Source of the DNA: Hydrolagus affinis
Lineage: Eukaryota
NCBI GenBank assembly: GCA_012026655.1
Contig: JAAILG010000175.1
Span: forward strand, 62,001-126,000
Reading direction: 5' to 3'
Length of the DNA: 64,000 nucleotides
The notes beneath the pieces were generated by a model. That model was not told the origin of the DNA and did no database searches. It saw nothing but the letters and a program-made list of their open reading frames with translations. Below, piece after piece: positions 53,010-64,000 of this stretch. Both the position numbers and the translations under genes were made by a program. Positions within the stretch are counted from its first letter, which is position 1; each line of letters begins with the position of its first letter.

Positions 53010-53240
53010 ACTTTAATCATTTGGCCATTTGGTCCACCTGCTTGACCTGTTCAACCATTGGTGTGCAAGCTGTCAGCCATTCTGCCACCGTGCTCCCAAA
53101 CACCATGGAGTACCTCAGCCTCATTCCCAACCCCCACCCTCCCCACCTTGAAAGCCTGCCTTAAGACCTTTCCTTTCTACTGACCTTTAAGTCACTAAGT
53201 TACCTTTCCTTCCTCAGTTCTCCCCAACCCCAGCTCAGGC
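53010..53240 (+). mobile_element. L2 3' fragment whose tail is replaced by a fold-back sequence
   Basis: TTGAAAGCCTGCCTTAAGACCTTTCCTTT motif, as in the other L2 ends. Confidence 0.5.
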
Positions 53241-56200
53241 TGGGGTTGGGGAGAACTGTAACATGTAAGTGTTACACTTACACTTACACTGTAACATGTA
53301 AGTGTAAGACTCACCAAGACTATGATTTTTTTTAGAAAATACAAAGAATTCCGTATCTGTGAAAAATTCCTGATGTTTGGCTCTCTGCATTGCTCATTCA
53401 GATAATAGTGTTAGATAATGTGTAAACAGCATTGTAAAAGATTATGTGAAATAATTTGACAGTAAAATGCAGTAAGCTGCAATATGTTTCTACATACCAA
53501 CTTGAATTTAAAACTCAAGGGTTTGCCTAATTTATCAATGATTGTAATTGTGTATAATTACAGTTGGAGCTGATAAGTGGCAGATTAATCAAACAGAGAT
53601 CAACGCCAGGGGACATGACCTTAACCACAATTCATCCACCACATTGCCCTCAAAGTCACACATGGACTAAGCTAGGGGTGTGAAGGCTGGCCAGAGATCA
53701 GCTTGGTGGTTTGCCTACTAAAGCAAAACTGTCAGTTCAAGTCTGTTAAAGCTCTCCCCCCACCCAGCAGCTGTCTGACTACACTGGCACAGTGACAGCT
53801 TTCCAACTGGCTTCTATTTAGTCATCAGTACTGCTTGCCTTGCATGTCAGATAGAAGAAATTAGCTGCGGATAGTCGTAAGCAGGCTGTTCTCCTCTGGT
53901 TCTTTGAGAATTCCTATCTAACTCCCATGAAATCTCTCCCAAAATAACTTGTTATACTCAGACACACAGACAGATACACATACACATACACACATATCTG
54001 AACATAAAATAAAGTGAGAACAGAAGAGGAAAGTTAAATATGAATGAATCAAAGAAATAAAGAGGGTGAGAGTGTTGATTAATATTATCAACTTTGTTCA
54101 CCTAAAAAATAAATAGTACCTACACTTTACAGTAAAGCCTGTGAAGTGCTTTGAGATGTCTTCCTGACATGATAGGTGCATTTCGCCCACAAAATATATA
54201 GTCAATTCACTTAAGATATATTTTGTGAAACACTTTGAGACGTCTTGAAGATGTGATAAGTCACTATATTAAATGCAAAGATTATTATAATAATATACTC
54301 ACACAGCTTGAGGTTCCAGTTGATTCTATGAAATGCTTTGAAATGTCCTCCTGACATGAAATGCACTATATAAACAGGAATTTTCTGTATTATTATTATT
54401 AATATATTTTGATCAGTTGTCTCAAAGTGTTTCTATAACATAAACTACAAATGTTTTAACTGTGTAACACTGGCAGTCCTTCCTTAACATTGGTGAACCA
54501 GCAGTCTTGAGTGAGTGTTTTTTAACCACAGATGAATACAACCATTGTGTTAACAACACATACCCTTGACAAAATGCAGGTCCTCAATCATCTGATTCAA
54601 GCTTATTTTGCCTGTTCAGATAACGCCAGTGAAAAAAGATCTATTTGGGATTGGTTTGGTTAAACCAGTGGCTTCTAATTGATGCCCATGTCCACAGCAA
54701 AGCTTCAATATCTATCTCTCAACACATTGGACAAAGGATTCAATGAAGACAGAGGATCGGTTATCGCTTAGCATCTCCGGACTCTAATCTTTAACAGTAA
54801 TTATTTCTAGTTCTCACTTCATAAATGCACCTATTTGGAAACAAATTGCATTTCATGATCTATGGAATAGCAGGCCCAACACTGCAATATGCTATTCTAG
54901 TTGGTGTGGCGTAATTGGTAAAAAATTGATATTAATTGTACCATTAATCTGGAGTTCCAACAGCACAGGGATAGCTGCAAGCCGCAACTAGGGTACAGCT
55001 AATTATGTGTGGCTTCTCCTAGTTAAAGCAGCACTGCATTTCCAATTTTTATAGACTTATGTAAAATGACTTCAGAAAACCTGCTTCCAAATTGACACCC
55101 CATTTCAGAATTTTCCACAATTCTGTACAAACTTGAAACTCTGGGACAAAATGATCCTGAAAGCTCAAATCAGAGAGAATTTCAGGCCTCTGGTGGGTTA
55201 ACTTCCCAGTCGCCATTGATTTAAAAATGGAACTTGCAGCACTTCAGAGCTCTTGCTTGTCGTTAATTTTTAAACATTTTTAAATTTTTAATCTTTATTT
55301 TTCCTCTTGTTAAGAAGAAAGAGTGAGCATGTGACTGGTGATTCACATTATCTTTACACTATAAAGCTATGGGTGCTTCTTCCTACAGATTCCTCCGTTT
55401 CGCCTGCTCTGCACTTGGAGCCTCAAACATGTTGGCACAGGAACCAATTAATCTTCTCTCTTATGTTCCAATTTTAGACCATGTGCTAATCAAGCGCCCA
55501 CACACTTACAAATTCACACATACACACACATCTGATATTGGCAGAGTTTTAAACAAATTTCCTGTGCACCAGCTTCAAACAATTCACAACGTTTCAAACA
55601 GTGGAGGCTGATTAATGATCAAGTACGACGATCCGCACTGGAGTACTGTACAGTTGTAGGGCAGAACAACAGCTTTTCCCCATACCAACATAACAAACAT
55701 ATTCTGTTTTCTTACAACTAACTACTGTAACTTAGATTAACAATAATAAATCTTTTCAGTTGATGTAGCATTGCCAAAACGTCTCCCAACCACTTCACAG
55801 TATTTGCTGTACATTGTATTTTGTAGGCAATCACAACCATCAATTTGTGCACAGTTATGTCCCACAAACAGCAGTGAAGAGAATGATTAATTTTATCTTC
55901 GGATGGTTGGCCAGGTCACCAGCAGTAATTCCCCACTCTTTTTGAATAGTGTTTTGAATAGATTAGTTAAATAAATCAGCTAACTAAGCTACAAAATTAC
56001 CCAGGGGTCAGATTTGCTGTCCATGTGGTATTTATCATATGAAATGGTCTAGATACGGATTCCGCACTCCCCGGAATCTCTTCTCAATAGCTAAACCCAA
56101 GCAGTCAGGTCTATGGCTCTAGACTTTTAGCTCCACCTCATGGCTATACAAATGTAATTTTGTTGTTGTTGTTTCAACTGCTGATAAGTATCACACTAGC

Positions 56201-56584
56201 TTTCACAATGTTGTTGACTAAATTTTCTAAAGGTAGCTCAGTAGTTGATATTCAAAGGTCATGACCGCTAATTTCACATGGTATCATAGAGGTTCCGTGA
56301 TTTCGCGATTATAACAGGGGAAATCCCACCACAGCTGACATAGACAAAGTAAATCTGTATAACTCCAATTGGAATTTCAACCCATCTACTTTAGAGGGAA
56401 ATCAGCTACCAGTGAGTCAGGCCTAGATAGCTCTCACTCACACCTTAGTACTGTATGCCTGATGTCACTGGGTGATTTCAACGAGTTCATTACATGTCCT
56501 TTTAGTTTTTTAAAGAAAAAGATTTGGTGATTTTTGCACTTAGCAAGATTGTGGCCTTTGTGTTAAAAAGTGGAACACACTCAT

Positions 56585-57020
56585 GCCCAATACAATACAC
56601 ATTTATACACAGTAGTGCCTTTTTGTGTTGGCAGCTTTACACAGCTGGTTGAGCATCCAAGACAGGCAGATGGGAAAGGGGTTGACCAAGGTGTGGGTGG
56701 TGAGATGTTCAAAAGTTCGGTCAAAGGGGCACATCTCATTAAACGTAGGGAGGAAAGGGGACAAGTTGGCGGGTCTGCAGGATGGAGCGCCAGAGAATAA
56801 CGCCAGGGGCATTATTGTTGAAAGCTGTCCTCTGATGGTGGTGGGGTAGACTGGATAGAGGACATGAAACAGGCCTGTGTGTACTGAGAGGTGGGAGCGG
56901 CTGTGTTGATTGGGCTCCAGGACATTACAGAGGTAACGTAGGATGAGACCGTGGAGGAATTTGAATGTGAGGATAGGGATTTTGAATTCAATTTACTGGG
57001 GGCTGGGGAACCAGTGGCTT
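56585..57020 (-). mobile_element. L2 3' fragment
   Basis: GGTCAAAGGGGCACATCTCATT...GTTGAAAGCTGTCCTCTGATGGTG...GATTTTGAATTCAATTT, similar to the other minus-strand L2 copies. Confidence 0.65.
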
Positions 57021-59060
57021 CAGAGAGCACTCTTAGGTCAGATATAGCACACTGAGATAGTCCATAGTTTTTGGTTCTGTCCCACTGATGTGATTGAACC
57101 TCAATCTTAGCAAAGTGACCTGCTCCCCAGCACCCCCCACATTCTATGCCAGAATGACCTCCATTTCCCACACCATCCACCACTTCCATCACTTTGAGTA
57201 AGACTATCAAAGCGTATTTCTGTACTAAAATACTGGCCATCTATTGAGGGTTTATTGATCTATTCAACAGTCAAGCTTAAAAAATAGTGCAATAGAGGAA
57301 GAAATAAAAATGAAAATGCGCATTTGTATGAAACATAGAGCTGTGTTATGTTGTATAAATTAACTAACAGGAATAGAAAGTCAAAGTTTATGTAAAAAAA
57401 ACTTTACGTGCATAAAATCCTAATGTGTCTAAAAGTGTGCAAAGACTTTTAATTATCCAGAAAAAGTAAATGTCTGAAGCGCCCCAGGTAATGCAGCATA
57501 TGTCAGCCAGTTGTTGGATAAATCCTTCTTATTATTATCAAAGGAAATGAGACCTAGTGAAAGTATGTGTAATCCATTATAGCATAATGTTTGCAGCTGC
57601 TGTACTGAGTCAAAGGTCAGGATTAAATGCAGAGGCACAGGAGGGACAATGCTAAAACTGTACTCTTTATACTGGGTCGCCCTGTTTACATTAACTGCCT
57701 GTGTACTCATTCTAAATGTAATTATTGCCTAAACATTTGCACACTATTTTCAAGGCTATGTTTGTTACCAGTAATAATTGCATCAGACTAGAAAATGCCT
57801 TTTTTCAGACACTGACTGACAGACAACATTACTGGATGTAGCATTTTGAAATAATTGTTCACCCTGGTACATTTAAAATGTCAAGCTGAGGGCTTTCTGT
57901 GACTGAGTAAATGAACTCTATGTTTCAATTTACTCCGAGTGAGATTGTACAGAACTTCCAGATGGCAGCTGCTACCAGGTCGGGTGACAATAACTAAACT
58001 CTCAAATGGAAATGTAAAATGAAATCTGCACAAACATTGTTTATTGTCCATCTGACATATCATGCAAACTTTGTGGGCAGTGAACATAAATTCTGCAGCC
58101 TTAGTTTTCAGCCAATGGAATAATAACTTCTCATTATTAATAATAATTAACTATGTTGAATGAGGTTGTGCCTTTGTCATATTTCACCTCTGCAACAACA
58201 AAAAAATTTCATACATAATAGTAAAATATAAACTCTAACTGGCAAAGAAGATTCTATCTTCAAAAGATTGGATACATAGTTGTGATGCAGGTAGTGTATT
58301 CTTTTCAATAAAATATTCTTTCTCTTTCCCACAAGAAGAATAGAGTTGATTTTCCATTATCTTTCATGCTAAGAATTTCAGGCAGGAGTAGACTGTTGGT
58401 CCATCTAGCCGACCCATCCAATTTCCCGCATGATTTCTTCACTATCCCTCTCTAAATCGAACAACCCTGAATCCATCTTTTGGACTGGAACTTGTCTGCT
58501 TCATTTTCAAAACCCTTTATAGTTTCTTGATCCACCCCCTGTGATGGTAGTCTGAGAATATATCCAGGGGAGCTGTGCAGGAGCAATGTTACACTATGGA
58601 GGGAATGAGGGTTTTGAAGGCCTCAGAACTCCTGAGTTAAAAATTCAAAGTGAATACAAACGTTAGGAATTCATTGTTCCCTATTCAATGTTTCAGGGAA
58701 AAAATTAAAGTGATTGCATTGTTTTAAGATTTATTTTTCGGAGTACTGGAACTTTTAAACAAAGAGTAATGTAGTGCATCCTTTTTCTGTGCAGGACATC
58801 CAGAATCCTATCCTCAGAATGAGCGAGTGCCTCTCAACTGTTACTTTTCCCCCCCTATAAATATTTCTGTCTGATTTATCCTTTTGTTTGCCCAATTGTT
58901 TGCACGCCCTTTTGGGTCCTGGTGAATTAGAGGCGATATTCTGCTTTCGGATTCATTCAGCGTGAGGGTTTTACTCAGACTGGGACCTTTGGGAAAAGAT
59001 TACTTGTTGATAGGACTTGGTTATTTGATTCCTTGGCAGGGTGTCTGATGTCAATCATGG

Positions 59061-59384
59061 ATAATAATAATACTACTAATAATAATCCTTGCATTTGATG
59101 TAGCACTTTTCCCGTCTTCTAGATGTCTCAAAGTGCTTCACAGAATATACTGTAAAGTGAATTGCCTGTATATTTGTGGGTGAAAAGCGGGAGCCAATTG
59201 CACACAGCAATATCCCACAGTCGTGGATTGAGTGACCAATTTATCATTGCTTTTTTTTGAGGGATTATTATTAGGTGTGTGGAGTAAGGAAAGTTGCCTT
59301 ACTTAAAATTTCACCCTGCCAGGAATTGAACCCAAGTCTCTCGATTGTAAGGTGAGTACTCTAACCACTGAGCTACAGGACTCC
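59061..59384 (-). mobile_element. Full-length tRNA-derived SINE, short variant
   Basis: Reverse complement has a GGAGTCCTGTAGCTCAGTGGTTAGAG head through to the (ATT)n tail. Confidence 0.9.
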
Positions 59385-59774
59385 ATGAGGATGATGCATC
59401 ACGGGGCTTGTTGAATAATGGGAATGAGGAATGTATTTTTTCTGTGGGTGTTTAGGATTCCTGTTCATCAGTTGGTTCAATTTCCCTTTAAATCTGGGGA
59501 TTAGAGAGGATAGTAACAAAATAATCCTTGCATTTGATATAGTGCCTTATCACATGTTCGCAAAGTCTCAAAGCATTTCACACAATGTACTGTAAAATGA
59601 ATTGACTTTATATATTGTGAGATATTATTTATAGCTTGTAGGAAGGAAGTTGTACAGATCGTGGGACTCTGCCACCAAATTTTATTAATCCAGTACCACT
59701 CATTAATCCAATACCATGAATTGATATTCGTTTATGTAATGGAAAACAAGATACTGCTTCTTCAGGACTGTATC

Positions 59775-60070
59775 AATGCTTTATCAGAGGTGCCACTCTT
59801 TGGATAAAATGGTAAACCAAGAACCTATTTGCCTGTAGAGGTGTACATTAAAGTTCCCATCGCAGGATATGAAAAGAGAAGGGAGTTTTTCCAGTTATCC
59901 TTGCCAACAATCCTCCAAATAAAATTGGTTCCATAGCTATTTGCGGGACATTGCTGTGTGCAAATTGGCTGCCACATTGGCCTACAGATATGCAATCACT
60001 AAACGTTACAGTAAATGTCATCATTTTTACACTGTGATAAGGAGCTGTAAAGATTATTCTTACCATTATA
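59775..60070 (+). mobile_element. Old Deu-domain SINE
   Basis: GAGGTGCCACTCTTTGGATAAAATGGTAAACC...GGACATTGCTGTGTGCAAATTGGCTGCC. Confidence 0.7.
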
Positions 60071-61540
60071 TACTTACTGAACAACTTTCTCTTAGATGCT
60101 TCAATAAACTGAATCTGTAGCCTCCTGGAAACAGGGAGAGAAAAGACAAAGTATTCCATATTCCCACAATCCTTTTCTGTAAAGAATAGGTTTTGTATGT
60201 ATAGAAGTTATCAAACACATTTCAACCTCTTGACATGAAGGATACTATGCAAATCCAATGTGTTGTTGTTTATAGCCAGGTTATTTTTGAGAATCAGGAG
60301 GCATATATGCAGAATTTTCTTTCAAAACATGGTTTGTACAGTAGTCTACTATATGGCAGGTTTTGTATGGTCTGTGGATACAGTGGGCTTTTCCTCATTA
60401 GATTATTTTGTATGTACTTTAGGTGAACTAAGATACATTTTCCTCATCTGCATACCTCCAGAACATTGCTATAAGTTCTCTAAGTGAGTTTGTATGGGTC
60501 ATCAGAATCAGAAGCTGAAATAAAATCAAAGATCCACCACAAAATGTTTGATCTGATAACATTCAAAAAACTATGTGTACTTATTTTCTTTCAAATAGCA
60601 ATATGTAAAAGAAACACACAGAATGTTCCTTGCATGTACAAAAGTGTAGTGGATATATGATTATTTACTAATCCCCTAGTCAAGTCACATTCTTATTGAG
60701 ATTTATCTTACACTAATCACGGAAAGTAAATCCACTTTTAAGAACAAAGCAAAAATATTCCTATTTTTCCCTAATCTGAATATAATAATAATAATATGAT
60801 AGACAAACTGCTGTTGTTGTATTACAAACAAACAATTTTTTTTGTAATTTATTGCTATTGGTCTAACAATAACAACAACAATTTGCAATTTTCGAGTTTG
60901 TTTCAAGTAGGGAGAACATTTCAAAGCACTTTACAAAGACAGTGTTCACTTGAAGCCGCGAATTTGCTCACAGATTATATAGCCAAATGCACAGTCGAGC
61001 TACCCACTACAATGCAATTTAACACTATTAAATAATAATAATAATCCTTGCATTTGATGTAGCACATTATCATGTCACAAAAATAAAATGAAGCCCCTGC
61101 TTGAACTAATGCATTAACCCACTTCACACCAAGCTATCCCATTACTTTCGTTGTAGCACTTAGCATCACTGAGACAACAGCATCCCTACTCCAGGATTCC
61201 TTTGGGTACTTTTACAGTTTACCATCATGGCATTTTCTTTCCTTGTTCTGATGAAGTACAAGATATCTTAATACAACAAAATAACTATTCTGCAGCAAAA
61301 GCAGACAGCTCGACTTTAATTCTATCAATAAGCAAATTTATCTGACAGACAGTGAGTGCTTTATCAGAGTATATCAGTCAATCTAATATTTGTTTTGGAC
61401 AGTATGTGCCCACTAATTATTTCATAAAACCGGTTATTACTGTGCGAGTTAGACCTTCAGATCGGGCTGCAAGTGGTAATCCAATGGATCTACATATAAA
61501 TGATCTTTGTTGTGAATGTGGTTCTGCTGGAAATCAAAAC

Positions 61541-61858
61541 TATAATAATAATAATCCTTGCATTTGATATAGCACTTTTCATGTCTTCCAGATTTCTCGA
61601 AGTGTTTCACAGAATATACAGTACTGTAAAGTGAATTGACTGTATATTTGTGGGCGAAACGTGGCAGCCAATTGCACTCAGCAATATCCCACAAACAGTC
61701 GTGGATTGAGTGACCAAATTATTATTGATTTTTGTTTGAGGGATTATTATTACGTACGTAGAGTAAGGAAATTTGTCCAATGTTTCGCCCTGCTGGGAAT
61801 CGAACACAGATCTCTTGCTTGTGAAGCAAGAGCTGTAACCACTGAGCTACAGGACTCC
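61541..61858 (-). mobile_element. Full-length tRNA-derived SINE, short variant
   Basis: Reverse complement has a GGAGTCCTGTAGCTCAGTGGTTAC head, GTTCGATTCCC B box and (ATT)n tail. Confidence 0.9.
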
Positions 61859-62754
61859 ATGGCATGTGACTGTTACAGGATGTGATTTTTGATTTCTAGC
61901 AGTAGCATCATGGCCCTGTCTAAGAGTTATAATCATATTAATAATAATAATAATTCTTGTTGTAAATATAATTACCGTATATTTATAGGCAACGAGTAAC
62001 CAATCTGTAACGTTCACTTGAACAGGCAGACAGGACCTCGGGTGTAACCCAAAGGATGGTAGCTCCAACAATGCAGTGCTGCATAACTGATCTCAAGCTG
62101 TATGTAATGGGATGATGCTTTCTCCAAACTGATATCAAATGATGATCCTTTGCATTATTTAGGTGGTTCATTTTAATTAGGTCTAGCAGTCATTTCAGCC
62201 CTGGCGCAGCGAATGTGGAGATTATACAGTATAACCATTAGCTCTCCTTCTTACACCTCCAAGAGAGATGCACACATATTATCTACGACCTTTAAAAGAT
62301 AATGGAAATCAATGTATGTTCTTGGTAGTTCCTAATACAACTAGAACTGTTAGAAAAGTTGAACAAAGCTAATGCTCGGCTTGTCCTACTTCCCATTTAG
62401 ACACCTCCTTTTTGATTGCAGTGTGACACAAATTGCTCTGTTTGGAGTTTTTTTCTCCTGCAGTGGGTCAATATCTGATCATTTTAATAGAATAAAATAT
62501 CTTCTGAATTGTGGTCCCTGTAGAGGCTTCTGATGAATGGCTGTTGGGATTGGCCAATCAATCTGCCACACTATCCATCAGCCCTGACAGACAATGGCAA
62601 ACGAGAGCAGTTTGCATCAATAGGACACTCTCTACAAGGTGTTTGAGCTTCATTTTTCTTGACGAAGACAAAACTCAGTGACAGGCCAAAGCCCAGCCAT
62701 TAATCAAGTCACTCAGTAGAATCAGTGTCCTATCCCCACAACAATAAGCAACAC

Positions 62755-62832
62755 CCAGTCCGCCACCAACCCACACCCCCCCCCAACCCACCACCGCCCC
62801 CCACTCGCCCCCGCCCCCCCCCCCCTCCTCCT
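62755..62832. repeat. C-rich low-complexity tract (G-quadruplex-capable on the minus strand)
   Basis: Many C runs of 3 or more bases. Confidence 0.8.
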
Positions 62833-63559
62833 TTCAGGGACAGCTGGTGCTTGTATCTTCCTTACAGATGCTACATGGGCCTTGTTTATTTAGAGAGGCG
62901 GTATCTGCCTTATGTGACACTTCTACTTAATTCCGCATGATTTGATTGAAGATGACAAGTATACTGATCACAGAAGTGGAATGATCCGAATCCATTTTCC
63001 AAACCTTGTCCGCTTTCGTTGTGGATTTGAAACCCAGTGTCTGTTTGTATAGTGCTATAAAGCCATGTAATCTCTCCTTACTGAAACTTTCCTGAAAATG
63101 AATATTGCTAAATCTACCACATGTATTTTCCTATTTAGTGAATGATTTGGTGTTTTGGTGTGAAGTCTATTTTAAGAGATTCACTTCAAATTGAGCTGGA
63201 AAAGAATACTGTGGAATATTTTGTCGCCCACAAAACACACAGTGAATAAAACACACTTTACAGTACTGTACATTCTGTGAAGCAGTTTGAAATGTCTCAA
63301 CAATGCGATAAGGTGTTATATCAAATGCAAGGATTATTATTGTTAATATACACAACGTGTGTGGGGTTGGTTTTTTTCTCTATCAATGTTTAACACAGCA
63401 GCTGTAGACTCACAGGAACAGATTGCTTCGCATTAAATGTGAGCTCTGGCTGATAGCGGGAGCTCCACTAGCTGATGACTTGAGTGTGATTAAAACAAAC
63501 ATTAAGAAAAATGGCACAACCTCCGAAACGTGCATTGCTCAGTGTTATCATCCTTTCCA

Positions 63560-64000
63560 GGAACATTCTACCTAACAGAGGTGTTTAATCAAAGACAGAA
63601 AAATAAGCTTTTAAAGTCTCTTACAAGTAGGACAATGTCACTTGACAATTACAGAGCACCAGATGCCAAATTGAAGAATTGCTGGCACTTCCGTAGCACA
63701 AGGGCAGCTCTGCGGGGGCTGTCAGCCTGAGGAGCACTGACAGCCTCCCTTGTGCTCCCTCAGAGCCATCATCCACAGTGTGGGATTACTTTTATCTTGT
63801 GGACACAGGAGCTGCTTCTAATCACATTACATCTCAGCAGCGAGGGTCAAACGCAAGCCCAACGCTGCCTAGAGAGACGTGGACGGACTGTCACCTCCAC
63901 TAGACAGATAAGCTGTTGGCAGGACATGGTGAACTGGAGCAAACAGCCAGACGTCAGCAAACACTATAAATATGTCAAAATGCCAGCGGGAAGATGAGGC
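63560..64000 (+). pseudogene. Possible decayed hAT (ZBED-like) transposase C-terminus
   Basis: FYLTEVFNQRQKNKL (cf. Y.LAT.LDPRFK), SSTVWDYF, and PDVSKHYKYVKMPA (cf. P.LS.LA.KYL.IPA) occur in the expected order in different frames. Confidence 0.35.

Noticed and set aside
62725-62940. Proline-rich ORF
   Set aside because: It is the translation of a C-rich low-complexity tract.
1-64000. CRISPR array, operon or other prokaryotic system
   Set aside because: The sequence is vertebrate, with no long ORFs and no regularly spaced repeat-spacer array; recurring short repeats are dispersed SINE and LINE tails.

Overview
Eukaryotic, AT-rich, repeat-dense vertebrate DNA with one 100-N assembly gap. I found no host protein-coding exon I can support, so this is probably intergenic DNA or a large intron. 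The repeat set points to a cartilaginous fish, probably a holocephalan such as Callorhinchus (inference). It comprises tRNA-headed Deu-domain SINEs with (ATT)n tails, L2 LINE 3' ends with (GTT)n tails, CR1 fragments and a shark-type Penelope-like repeat. The ORFs in the track are TE remnants or chance ORFs. Most notable: (1) a KRBA2/Ginger2-like integrase relic built as two outward-reading 3' arms (fold-back); (2) two copies of a repeat carrying a hammerhead ribozyme core; (3) several perfect 14-20 bp fold-back or template-switch scars; (4) an 89-bp CCCAG-ended MITE; (5) decayed Myb/SANT-like and hAT-like coding fragments. No complete novel gene system is evident. Repeat boundaries were set by eye and are approximate.
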